A stretch of 64,000 nucleotides of DNA from the NCBI GenBank assembly GCA_951406725.2, contig OX597818.1, positions 131,688,001 to 131,752,000 of the forward strand, read 5' to 3'. How positions within the stretch are numbered: position 1 is the first letter of the stretch; each line of letters begins with the position of its first letter. This DNA is from Octopus vulgaris. Taxonomy: Eukaryota. The translations under genes were made by a program, and so were the position numbers. A model generated the notes under the pieces. It did not search any database and was not told the DNA's origin. It saw nothing but the letters and a program-made list of their open reading frames with translations. This document shows positions 23,095 to 35,266 of this stretch, piece by piece.

Positions 23095-25257
23095 AGTTAC
23101 TGGTATATTCCACAAGGTAAATTTCACCATGGTATATTCCACCATGCTAAATTTCACCATAGGTGAAATTATTATTATTATATTATATGGGTTACGATAT
23201 TATGGAAATAAAAAAAAGAATGCATAAAAAAATAATATCAATAATGTCAATGAATACAAAAAATACGAAGGAGAAAAAATAATTAAGGAACAATCACACA
23301 AAGAAGTACACAGTGAGTACTTTAAACACCTGAATGAGGAAACAGTATCAAAAAGAGACTCATTGAAATTTATAAAACGAAGCAAATACTCAATGATAGA
23401 TAAAAATGTTATACAGTATTTACAAGACAGAAACAACTACTATGGAAGAAAAAAGGCATGCAGATATTGTAAAGAACAAAGTAAATACCGAACATATGTC
23501 AATACAATGTGAAAAAAATAGCACACACGAAATATAAAAAGAGACATGATGAGATAACGAAGATAATCTTTGTGAACTTACTACAGCAATATAACATATC
23601 AAAAAAAAAAAAACACAGAAAATCAGAAATGTGCAAATAGAAAAGGTAACAACAAGTGAAAAGGTGATAGCCCAAAAGTGATGGCCCAAACCATATAGAA
23701 AACAATAAACCCGATATTACAATATTTGACCACGAAAGAAAAGAAACAATAATAATTGAATTTGGAATAACATCGACAAAACAACTGAATGAAGTCTAAA
23801 TGACAAAAATAGGATTCCAGCACTTCCGACTTGTAGGTCAGGGCCTGAAATTCCTGATACAGTTAAGTATTTAGAACATGGGTCTTTGTTTTTGGTCTTT
23901 GACAGTGGTATCAATGACCCAAACCGAATTTTAGTTTTTCCACAGAAAAATGATTGGATGATCTAGAAAGTTCTAAGAATTGGGCCTGTGATGGAACTTT
24001 CAAGATATCTCCTAGTTTGTGGAGTCAGTTAGTGACACTACATATGACCAATGGAAGTTCGTGTGTGCCCCAACTATTTGCCTTACTTCCTGACTAAAAA
24101 GGAACCTCATATCATCCTCTTCTGTGCCTGATTTAAGACCAAATTGTCGTCCTGTAACCTGTCTCATGGACTTTGTAAAAGCTCTCCATAATGTTTCTCT
24201 ATTTCTGTATTCAGAAGTAGTTGGGTATGTTTTTTCATCTCAGACAGTCTTGTTGGCAGAAGATATGTGCATTTGGTGAGAGTATGAGATACAACACAGA
24301 TGAAAGGTTTTAGCTTAAAATTAGGTGCTCATGTGCTTTAGCATTTTTGCCAACTGAAGACGTTGTCAATGTATTTGAAGATTTGTCTGAGTTTATCATC
24401 TATTTTGAGGTTACATGCATTGTGGTTGTAAGGGTTGTAAGGTCCTTGTCGGCGAAGAGAAATCCCACATTTTCCTATACAACTCTGGAATGTATGTGAT
24501 TGCATCTTAAAGGACTTGCCAAAATCAAATAATTCTTCAAAAGGGTTCCACAATGTTTTGTGCTCATCACTAATATCCACACATCCAAATTTGTGGAAAC
24601 TATGCACTATCCTTAAATCTGAGGAAGGATTAAGCCAGACGAAAATTGCACACATTCGACGTGGAGACTCAACAACTAAAAAAAAAAAAGACCTATCAAA
24701 TTATTGATGCACGACAGAAAAAGCTAGTTCTGGAATATCAAAATGAAAACCCTCTGCAATATATAATAAGTATTGCACACAATGTCTTGAGAAATTTTTT
24801 TAAAAAATTAATTAAACTTTCTTATCCTAACTCTGCTTCACAATGTACTCACAGTTATTTTTTATCCTATTGTTATAATAAAATGTGTGCTAAAATTTAA
24901 TCTTTTCTTTCTTTATCCCAAATTATATCATTTTTGAAATTTTGTGATGAGTCTTTTTCATAGATTCTTGCTTGATGACAGTACATTAAAGTGATCCCAT
25001 CGCAATTTAAGTAGATTATAAAGATTATTTTCTATCTCACTTTCAGACTCTCTCTCTTTCTCTTCTTAAGACTTGAGAGACAGACAGATTAAATAACATA
25101 GGTATTGACCCAAAGTCTAGAAAAACTGACCATGGTGATTATTAGTGGGAGCAGCTTATATTGGAAGTCTGTCCATGGGTGGAATTTACCACGGTGGAAC
25201 AGACCATGGTAGAATTTACCTATGGTGAAACTTACCTGGTGAAATTTACCTAGAACC
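23095..25257 (+). mobile_element. Mutator-like (MULE) DNA transposon, decayed
   Basis: Termini built of GGTAAATTTCACCA-like subrepeats in inverted orientation (23095-23170, 25175-25257), with an internal transposase remnant. Confidence 0.8.
23813..24790 (+). pseudogene. MULE transposase remnant
   Basis: FLVFDSG..RILVF, WACDGTFKISPSLWSQLVTLH (23981), MDF.KALHN, FFHL.QSCWQKI, LPKSNNSSKGFH..HPNLWK. Many stops and frameshifts. Confidence 0.88.
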
Positions 25258-25803
25258 TATACACATACATACATACACATACATGCACACACACATAAAA
25301 ATGTCATCAGCACAGCCAAACAACAGTTCGTTAATAGTATATACACCACAGAATAAAATACACACATGTAATCATGCCCACTAAGTACAAACATAACATA
25401 ATAATGGATTTCCATTGGTTTTGACACTGAAGGTTCAGTCATTTCATCAATAGAATTGTCTCCTCACTGAATCAGCATATACATAGTTGAATTTTTCACA
25501 GACATACGTACAATTGATGTAATTCTCAGACAGAGTCAGGGTGACTTAGTGTGTGATAAGGCTAAACCTCTGAATTACAGGTACAATACATCCAAAAGGC
25601 TTCCAGATAGTTGCTATCTATCCAGTTTGATTCACTAAACTTGGGTTGATGAGTGTTAATGGTGAAAGGCACTTGTGCATGATGCTAGGCAGTGGGATCA
25701 AACTTCAGCCTTTCTGATTGCAAAACAAACATTTCATAGCCATGTTGCATCCAAACAAACAACATACACACATATTAAAACCCATAGACACATTCATATA
25801 ATG

Positions 25804-26235
25804 GCTTCTAGTTTTGACACAAGGTCAGCAATTTCGGAGACGGGATAAGTTGGTTACAAAGAACCCAGTGTTCAACTGGTATCTATTTAATTGACCTTGA
25901 TGGATGAAAAGCAAAGTTGACCCTGGTGGAATCTGAATTTAGAGCATGGAGACAGATGAAATGTTGCCAAGCATTTCACCACCTTCACACATTCATATAA
26001 TGTATTTCTTTATTACCTACAAGGGGCTAAACATAGAGGGGACAAACAAGGACAGACAAAGGGATTAAATCGATTATATCGACCACAGTGCGTAACTGGT
26101 ACTTAATTTATCGACCCCGAAAGGATGAAAGGCAAAGTCGACCTCGGCGGAATTTGAACTCAGAACGTAACGGCAGACGAAATACCGCTAAGCATTTCGC
26201 CCGATGTGCTAACGTTTCTGCCAGCTCGCTCGCCT
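25804..26235 (-). mobile_element. Two tandem family-A-type SINEs (old 25804-25986, young 26003-26235)
   Basis: Separated and flanked by three copies of ACACATTCATATAATG. Confidence 0.88.
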
Positions 26236-26455
26236 ACACATTCATATAATGGCACACACAAAAGCTGTTGGTCATACCTTGCCTCTTCGACTATTGTTCT
26301 CTTCAACAAGAACACTATTTGTCTCCTCCCCATTTATGTATCTTTTCCCCATGTATTCACATTCACTCTTTTTATTTCTTGTCTTAAATGTAAAACATTC
26401 CTATTCTATTTCTTTTTTTCCTTCCAGTGTGAAACTAATATATCAACTTTATATT

Positions 26456-26862
26456 ACTCTTTTACTCTTTTACTTGTTTCAGTCATTCGACTGCGGCCAT
26501 GCTGGAGCACCGCCTTTAGTCGAGCAAATCAACTCCAGGACTTATTCTTTGTAAGCCCAGTACTTATTCTATCGGTCTCTTTTGCCGAACTGCTAAGTGA
26601 CGGGGACGTAAACACAGCAGCATCGGTTGTCAAGCAATGCTAGGGGGACAAACACAGACACACAAACACATACAAACACACATATATATACATATATACG
26701 ACGGGCTTCTTTCAGTTTCTGTCTACCAAATCCACTCACAAGGCATTGGTCGGCCCAGGGCTATAGCAGAAGACACTTGCCCAAGATGCCACTCAGTGGG
26801 ACTGAACCCGGAATCATGTGGTTGGTTAGCAAGCTACTTACCACACAGCCACTCCTGCACCT
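26456..26862 (-). mobile_element. SINE B
   Basis: Consensus match. Confidence 0.9.
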
Positions 26863-27146
26863 ATGTCTGTTCTTCCTTCTTTTGTTTGTGTTATTTTCAT
26901 GATACTTCCTTGAATATTAACCAACTTGATGCAGAAACTAAATATTTTCTCTTAAATTACCCATTTTTGCATTACACTGGATCTATCCACAAGTAAGACA
27001 GTGTAGTTAAGAAATTCCCTCTACAATCATGTTTGAGTCAGGTTCACTCACAAAGTGTGGCACTTTAGGTAACTCAGACCAACCAATGCCGACTTGTAAC
27101 TGGATTTGGTAAGCAGCAAGCATGTAGAAGCCCAATATATATATAT

Positions 27147-27320
27147 ATTTCTTTACTACCCACAAGGGGCTAAACACAGAGAGGACAAACGAGGACAGAC
27201 AAACGGATTAAGTCGATTACATCGACCCCAGTGCGTAACTGGTACTTAATTTATCGACCCCGAAAGGATGAAAGGCAAAGACGACCTTGGCGGAATTTGA
27301 ACCGAGGTCGACTTTGCCTT
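27147..27320 (-). mobile_element. 5'-truncated SINE A with a 20-bp inverted fold-back
   Basis: AAAGGCAAAGACGACCTTGG..CCGAGGTCGACTTTGCCTTT hairpin, (TA)n on both sides. Confidence 0.85.
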
Positions 27321-27568
27321 TATATATATATATATATATGAGTGTGTATGTGTGTTGTTCTATATGTTTATATTTACATTTCTTACTGCTTGCAAAATGG
27401 CTTTTGTGTTTACAGACTACAACTTAGCAGTCTGATAAATAGAAATCATTAAATTACATACTGGATTTGAAAATGTAAGTACAGGGGTGGGCTGATATGA
27501 CTGCATAACAAAAAATTCGCAAGGTAATATCTCAGCAATGCACACAAGCATTATGTATATATACATAA

Positions 27569-27611
<43 letters not shown>

Positions 27612-27612
27612 A

Positions 27613-27658
<46 letters not shown>

Positions 27659-28453
27659 CGTTTGCTTTTCTGTAAATGGGACATTCAATATTTTTCCATG
27701 ACAGAAATATCATCAAAGAAAAATTTAGGGCAATGGAAGAATGGTGCATCATGCTTCTTTTTTCCTATTAAGCTGTGACAGAACTTTAAGAAATATAAAA
27801 GTATAGGAAGAAAAACACAGGGAGACTCTGAGTAATGATTAGTGAATCAATATAAAGGCATGTTCTGTCAGTACCTAGATTTAAGTATATGCACAGACAT
27901 GTTTGCATACACAAGTGTTTTTACATATGTATATATATATATATAAACCATTAATACATACTGAAACCCTCACTCACATATATATATTGAGGATATAAAA
28001 ATATATTTAGCACCACCATGTTGTCAAAGAATGCGTGAAGGTCTACTGATGTGTATGTATGAATTTATACATATAGCCACAATTATCTTTATATACAATT
28101 GCCATGAAAGATATTGGCATTTTAATGATTACATATCTTTTACATATATATATATATACACATATATATACATACACACACATACACATATATATACACA
28201 TACATACGCATATATATACACACATATATACACATATATATACATACACACACATATATATATATACACACATATATATATATACATATATACATGCATA
28301 TATATACATGCATACATATATTTACATATATACACATACATATACATACATATTAATAAATCCATACATATATATACATATATATACAAACATGCATATA
28401 TATATACATATATACATATACATACATACATATATATACATGCATATATATAT

Positions 28454-28492
<39 letters not shown>

Positions 28493-29353
28493 TATATACA
28501 TATATATATATACAGACAGACATATATACACATACATATATACACACATACATACGTATAAATACATATATATACATACATATACATGTGTGTGTGTGAT
28601 AAATAATATAAAGAGTCATAGAATAAGGATGAAGGTGGAGGGTGGAAGGGAAATATCCATAAATGCTAAGAGCAAAAGAAAACAAAAGTTTGAATAAAAG
28701 TAAAAAGGCTGAATTAAAGAAGGAAAATGAAAACATAGCAAAGATAATGAATGTATGATGTAGATACATATTAAACAGAATATTTCTTATTTCAGGCTTT
28801 GTATGAGTTATAAAACATGAAATTCTTTTTTGTCAATTTTTTTAATGGTATCATTTCAATCAGCCATTCAGTTAATTCTCTTTGTTATTCTATGAATGAG
28901 TGACTAAGGCTGTTGCAGTCATTTGACCCCAGGTCAGTTTTGATCAAGTAGACCTATAGCCAAAAGCGCTTCTTCCGTGAACATCTGATCTCATTTACAG
29001 AAATTGTATCTATCAGTACATTATTTGATGTTTCTCTCTTATTTTTTTTTAAGACACTAAGGTGTGACTTCAGAAAGATTTTGTTTCTATTTCTAGCAGG
29101 TTGACCAGCTGTGAAGAGGCATACATGCAAGCATGTTCACACACATAACTTTTCCTTTCAGTCGTAAGACTGAAGCACCACCACCTTGAAGAATTTTAGT
29201 CAAATGAATTGAAGTCAGTACATTACATTTTTTTTTGTATTTTCAGCCTGATATTTATTATATCAGTATCTTTTGCAGAACTGCTAAGTCATGGATATGT
29301 AAACACACCAGCACCAATTGTGGTGGGAAAACACAGACACAAAGACACACACA

Positions 29354-29698
29354 CATCATTTCATGTATACTATAGTAAAATGAGAGCCACTAATAGTTTC
29401 TGGCCACTCATACACATGTTTAGGCAGAGTTTTATAATGTGCCTTGTGTCTCCAAGCAATTTTCATTCCCTGGACACATCTGTTTGAAAATCAGGATGCA
29501 GGCACATTAGAAACCATGCTTTTACCTTGTGGTTTTCCATGTGTCAGTATCATGTTTTTCAAATAGAGCAAGCCATGTGGCCAGAGCCTCAAAATTGCTT
29601 GGAGACACAAGGCACATTATAAAAATCTGCCCAACCACATCTCAATGGCAAGTAACTATTAGTAGTTCTTATTTTAATACAGTATACATCAAATGATA
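29354..29698. mobile_element. Long-TIR MITE / fold-back element
   Basis: Arms of 125 bp or more, e.g. TTATAATGTGCCTTGTGTCTCCAAGCAATTTT vs AAAATTGCTTGGAGACACAAGGCACATTATAA. Confidence 0.8.
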
Positions 29699-29769
29699 TT
29701 TATCTCTTACTGGATAGAGTACTTTCTTTTTGTTGATCCTACCTTAAGAGAACAGTAAACTATATATAT

Positions 29770-30378
29770 AGGTGCAGGAGAGGCTGTGTGGTAAAAAGGC
29801 GCAGGAGTGGCTGTGTGGTAAGTAGCTTGTTTACCAACCACATGATTCCGGGTTCAGTCCCACTGCGTGACACCTTGGGCAAGTGTCTTCTACTATAGCC
29901 TTGGGACGACCAAAGCCTTGTGAGTGGATTTGGTAGACGGAAACTGAAAGAAGCCCGTCGTATATATGTATATATATATGCGTGTGCGTGTTTGTGTGTC
30001 TGTGTTTGTCCCCCTAGCATTGCCTGACAACCGATGCTGGTGTGTTTATGTCCCCGTTACTTAGCGGTTCGGCAAAAGAGACTGATGGAATAAGTACTGG
30101 GCTTACAAAAGAATAAGTCCCGGGGTCGAATTGCTCGATTAAAGGCGGTGCTCCAACATGGCCGCAGTCAAATGACTGAAAAGAGTAAAAGATATATATA
30201 TATATATGACAGGCTTTTTTTTAGTTTCCATCTACCAAATCTACTTGCAAGGCTTTTGTCAATCTGAGGTGTGTGCAAAGTGCCATGTAGTGGGAAGATG
30301 TGTGCAAGGTGCCATGTAGTGGGACTGAACCCAGAACCATGAGACTGGGAAGCAAACTTCTTGCTACACCTGCACCTA
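29770..30378. mobile_element. SINE B (+, 29770-30192, duplicated head) and partial SINE B (-, 30207-30378)
   Basis: Consensus match. The first ~27 nt of the head are tandemly repeated. Confidence 0.88.
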
Positions 30379-30380
30379 TA

Positions 30381-30671
30381 TGAGGGAGTACCCAAAAGTA
30401 ACCAGAAACATTCCCTGTAGGACAAACCTGTTGTAGTTCAGGCTTCCACTGGTAGAATCCACTTGATGTGACCCTCAGGCATCAGTCTGCAGAGTGACAT
30501 CTTCAAGTGAGGTTGTTCTGTTACATGGTGCATCTTTGTTTTGCAGTGCTTCTCCCCTGTTTGTCAATTTTTGAGATGGCTGAAACAAAGGAACAGCATG
30601 CTTCCATGAAATTTCGTTTTCTGCTGGGGAAAACGGTAGCCAAAACAGTTGTCATGCTTAAAAAAGCATAT
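30381..30671 (+). mobile_element. Mariner 5' fragment
   Basis: TA followed by a TGAGGGAGTACCCAAAAGTAACC TIR-like start. ATG at 30576 gives MAETKEQHASMKFRFLLGKTVAKTVVMLKKAY, a mariner N-terminal HTH. Truncated at (TA)n. Confidence 0.8.
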
Positions 30672-31032
30672 ATATATATATATATAATTTCAATATGGAG
30701 CAAATAATCCAGAGGGAAAATATTTATGCAAAGATATTATTTACACTGTTATAATCTTGTGTAACAATTAAAAATGGTAATAACAGAATCAATAATATAC
30801 TTTCTTGCAGGCTCCAAAAAAGTATTAAATAGCTGAAGGATTAAAATTAATCAAAGGACATACTGGGTATGTCCACGTGAGTTCAAATACTTCTAGTATG
30901 TCGAAAAATTGACTTGGCCCATTTGCTCACAGATGGTTGATTTCTGTAGTTAATATTAGTGTTCTTTTCAGCAATTTAAATGAGTTTTGACTGTTACTTC
31001 CAGCAGGTAGACATACTTAGTATGTCCTTTGA

Positions 31033-31069
<37 letters not shown>

Positions 31070-31070
<1 letters not shown>

Positions 31071-31583
31071 CCTATATAGCAAGACACCTATTTCTGTCTC
31101 TCTTTTTCTCAGTCACACTCTAACCTTTCATCATCTGATACCGGATCACCACCTCTAATGCTCTCTCCATTATAGCAAGACCTGTTTCTGTCTCAGTCGC
31201 ACTCTGACTTTTCCTACTCTGACACAAGTTCCACTCCTTAAATACCCCTGCCCCTCTCATAATTCCTTGTCTTCTGAGTTATTAGGTGACCCTACCAGTG
31301 CTGGTGCCATGTAAAAAGCATCCAGTCCACACTGTAAAGTGGTTGGCATTTAGAAGGGCATCCAGCTGTAAAAATCATGCCCAAACTAACCGCACCAGTG
31401 CTAGTGCCACATAAAAAGCACTGAGTCCACTCTGCTGAGTGGTTGGTGTTAGGAAGGGCATCCAGCCATAAATTCCCTGCCAAAACAGACATAGTAGTCT
31501 AGGGTAGTTTTCTACCTAACTGGCTCCTGTCAACCATCCTAATCATGCATGAATGAAAGACAGACATACGATGATGATGATGA
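31070..31583 (+). mobile_element. Repeat family E (TTAGGAAGGGCATCCAGC..CATGGAA..(GAT)n tail)
   Basis: Related diverged copies at ~11735-11980, 12725-12880, 13095-13196, 32900-33150 and 46690-46830. Confidence 0.7.
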
Positions 31584-31598
31584 TATATAGACATAAAC

Positions 31599-31944
31599 AC
31601 TGTCTTTGAGCATCTGATGACATCATCAACAGAATTGCGAAAACATGTAAAAAATTTCCAAAATTTTAACATATAAATACATGTGTACATGTCTAGTCAA
31701 TGAAATATAGGTATAAGCGACACATAATTCATTAGAATTTTAACAACATGAACATGACACTTGTACATGTATGTGTATATATGCAAGTATTTGTCATCAG
31801 CATATGTGCAAATCTGTATGTTTAGTTTTATGTATGTGTGACATACATTGACTGGAGAGGAACAAATGTATTTATGTTAAAATTTTGGAAAGTTTTACAT
31901 GTTTTGACAGTTCCATTGATGATGTCATCAAATACTCAAAGAAA

Positions 31945-31946
<2 letters not shown>
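31599..31946. repeat. Diverged inverted repeat (~85-bp arms, ~180-bp spacer)
   Basis: 31599-31685 is the reverse complement of 31866-31946. The arms contain CTGATGA..GAAAACATGTA, a hammerhead-like remnant. Confidence 0.7.
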
Positions 31947-31981
<35 letters not shown>

Positions 31982-31987
31982 TAGATA

Positions 31988-32357
31988 AGAAAGTTGGTTT
32001 GTGAAAGCACGTGGTTGAATATATAGAAAATAGTAAAAAGTGAAAAACCTACAGAAGGCTTAGAGGTTTAAAAATATATATATTTGAGTCACTATGTCTG
32101 AAGAATATTAAAAAATTTTTTCTTACAATGACATAGTTAAGAAGAAAGACCGGTTTCGCGTTTAGCTTTTCAAATTTCTTACGACGTTATGAAATTTAAC
32201 GTCGTAAGAAATTTGAAAAGCTAAATGCGAAACCGGTCTTTCTTCTAAACTATGTCATTGTAAGAAAAAATTTTTTAATATTCTTCAGACATAGTGACTC
32301 AAATATATATATTTTTTAACCTCTAAGCCTTCTGTAGTTTTTTCACTTTTTACTATT

Positions 32358-32366
<9 letters not shown>
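31988..32366. mobile_element. Fold-back PLE-like remnant: ~170-bp-arm hairpin with two outward-facing hammerhead motifs
   Basis: Arms ~32020-32189 and 32197-32366, about 4 mismatches, 7-nt loop, (TA)n flanks, ~30-nt unpaired tail. Motif AAGAAA-u-UUGAAAA-GCuaaayGC-GAAA-CCGG-UC-UUUCUU at 32206-32244 (+) and 32142-32180 (-). Confidence 0.8.
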
Positions 32367-32410
<44 letters not shown>

Positions 32411-33171
32411 GTCTCTGTATGTGTGTAAACATAAGTATGGCAAGCAAAGTATCACAGTACTTGATAGAGCTGATTGTAGTAGGAGTAGATGCAAAAAATC
32501 GTACCAGACGAAACTGAAAAAGATCATTGCTAGTGTTCAGAGTCGAGCAGTGTTTAGGCATAATCATGATGCTGATATGGCTGAATTTCTCCTGGCATGA
32601 TGGTGCAATAGTGTACCTTAGTCAGTGTTGTTGACTGCATTATAAAGTCAAAACTACAGCTTTAAATTTGTCTAGAGTTACCTCTGTTCAGTATTTCTCA
32701 TTGATAATGGCTATAAAGCTAGAAATACTGCATCTGAAAATCTGATAGGGGGCAACACAGGGTAGACATGGTGTTTTTACACCTTTTACCATATGAGCAA
32801 ACTTTTCTCCATAGTGACTGCAGTGAATTTGCCAATATGTTACAAACATATTTCAGTTAATCTAAAGTTTAACACTGCTTGGCACTGATTACTGCTAAAT
32901 GTATGTGTGTTAATATCTCCTTACCTTGACATGATACACTTGTTATAAATAAGTGTCACTGTAATACAAGTGGGGTCCATTTCCAGAATTTGGTGGAAAC
33001 ATGTCTGATCACAGGGAATTATTACCTGACCCGGAATCTGATGAGGGCTAGTAACAGGAAGGGAATCTGGCTCTAAAAAAATCTGCCTCAAAAAATTCCA
33101 TCAAACCCATGCATGCATGGAAACATGTTCATTACACCAGTGATGGTGGTTGCATATGCATGTATATAGAC

Positions 33172-33512
33172 AGATGACCCCCTTCAGTCAGACACTGACC
33201 ATGGATTTGCACCTAGAGAGTTACCCTCTAAGGCACAAGTTTGGGCAAGGTTGTTTTATGGAAGACCAGCAGTCGCCCATGCATACCGGCCTCCCCTCTC
33301 TACGTCACCGATGTTGTCCAAGGGAAAGGCAAGGGCCGATACAGCTTGGCACCTGTGACGTCGCAACTCATTTCTACAGCTGAGTGAACTGGAGCAACGT
33401 GAAATAAAGTGTCTTGCTCAAGAACACAACACGCAGCCCGGTCCGGGATTCGAGCTCACAACCTCACGATCGTAAGCTCGACACTCTAACCACTGAGCCA
33501 CGTGCCTTCACA
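33172..33512 (-). mobile_element. SINE family C
   Basis: Head GGCTCAGTGGTTAGAGTG..GAGCTCGAATCCCGGACCGGG. Confidence 0.85.
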
Positions 33513-33514
33513 CC

Positions 33515-33563
<49 letters not shown>

Positions 33564-33596
33564 AACCGTGTATAGTCTCTATGTGTGTATAGATAT

Positions 33597-33631
<35 letters not shown>

Positions 33632-33690
33632 TGATAAGTTTGATAAGTGCCAATGTACAAAACTCTCAGCCCTTGAGTTGCTAACCATTT

Positions 33691-33734
33691 TCTCCGATGA
33701 AGGGATATTAAATATTCTGGAAACAGCTGTAAGA
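33691..33734 (+). ncRNA. Degenerate minimal hammerhead in a short PLE-like module (~33630-33805)
   Basis: UCU-CCGAUGA-AGGGAUAUU-A-AAUAUUCUG-GAAA-CAGCUG-UA-AGA. One core change (U4 to C) and palindromic stem III CAGCUG. Confidence 0.6.
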
Positions 33735-34185
33735 CCTATTGATAAATGTTCTAAAATCTTTACAGCCTTGGTTTTTTTTATCTCATTCTGAAAAAATTTT
33801 TTTATATAAAAACATATGCACTCACATTTTGAGTTCTATTTTTCTTATTTGCATCACCATACCCATGTACACATACATGTATATACACAGGTATATGCAC
33901 ACAATATTTATACATATATGTATGAGTATTGATTATGAATATAGCTACATTATCATTTTAACATCAACATTTCCAAGCCTGCAAGGTTCAGATGACATTT
34001 GACAGAAATTCTTCTTGTCATCACTTGGTCTTTCAAATATGGACAGCTTATTGGTTGTGTATGTTTTCATGGTAGATTGTAAATAAATGACACTGTTCGT
34101 ATGAGGGTAATGTTTGGTCACAATTTGTGCTCAATACGAAGAGCAGGTGATACACACACGAGTGTGTCTGTGTGTGTATGTGTAA

Positions 34186-34226
<41 letters not shown>

Positions 34227-34228
34227 CA

Positions 34229-34672
34229 GTAATATAATAATAAGAGTAAATAATTTCTATAAAGGCTTTTAAAAAAACCCCAATTATTTACTGGTAGAAT
34301 TCGGTATGTAAATATAGCCGATTACCGGCAGGAACTTCTGTAAAGTTCAGTATATATATTGTATATAAGAAAAAGGGACAGGCAAACAGGTTGCTTGACC
34401 GCATACTGAAAAAATAGAAATAGCAGTCAAGAATGCTTATTTCTATCAAAGTTGGACTCCGGGCACGACAAACCCTGTAATTCACATATGCAAAACAGAA
34501 GGAATAGATAACGAAAACGAAGACCAGACTTCGTTTTCGTTATCTATTCCTTCTGTTTTGCATATGTGAATTACAGGGTTTGTCGTGCCGGAGTCCAACT
34601 TTGATAGAAATAAGCATTCTTGACTGCTATTTCTATTTTTTCGGTATGCGGTCAATCAACCTTTTCTTATAT
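34229..34672. mobile_element. (TA)n-embedded fold-back module with ~134-bp-arm hairpin
   Basis: Arms 34388-34522 and 34529-34662, 6-nt loop ACCAGA, plus ~160 bp of unpaired extension. Shares motifs with 16921-17107. Confidence 0.75.
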
Positions 34673-35266
34673 ATATACAGACAGATAGATAGATAGATAG
34701 ACGTATAAAATGGTCTTTCAGTTTCCATTTACCAAATCCACTTACAAGACTTAGGTTGGTTTGGCATTATAGTAGATGTCACTTGCAAAATGAATAAAAC
34801 AAATCACATAATTTCATTATATATTATTTCTCCTCAAAAAATACACATCCATTGCATATATATATATATATACACACAAACACACATTTCACACAAACAT
34901 TCTCACATTGTCACACATATACAGAGCAATTTCAAAGTTGAAAGAATTTTCAGTTAAAATTTTTTAATCTATGAGCAATTTCTCTTATTTACAATTTCAC
35001 TTCAAATTTAGGCTATTTATATTCTCATTTCTCGATGATTGTGAAATTATTTCTTCGGTAATTCATAAATGACATCATATTTCATTTAACTGTGACACAT
35101 ACGTATGTGCGTATATAACTGTGTGTAGAACAAGCATTATGTATACAGCTATGCAAGTGGAAATCTGTATGTACTATTGTGTATGGATGGAAAAGAGATG
35201 TATCAGCACATGTTGAAACATATGTTTCAGATGTGCCTATGTGCATGTATGTATATACACACACAT

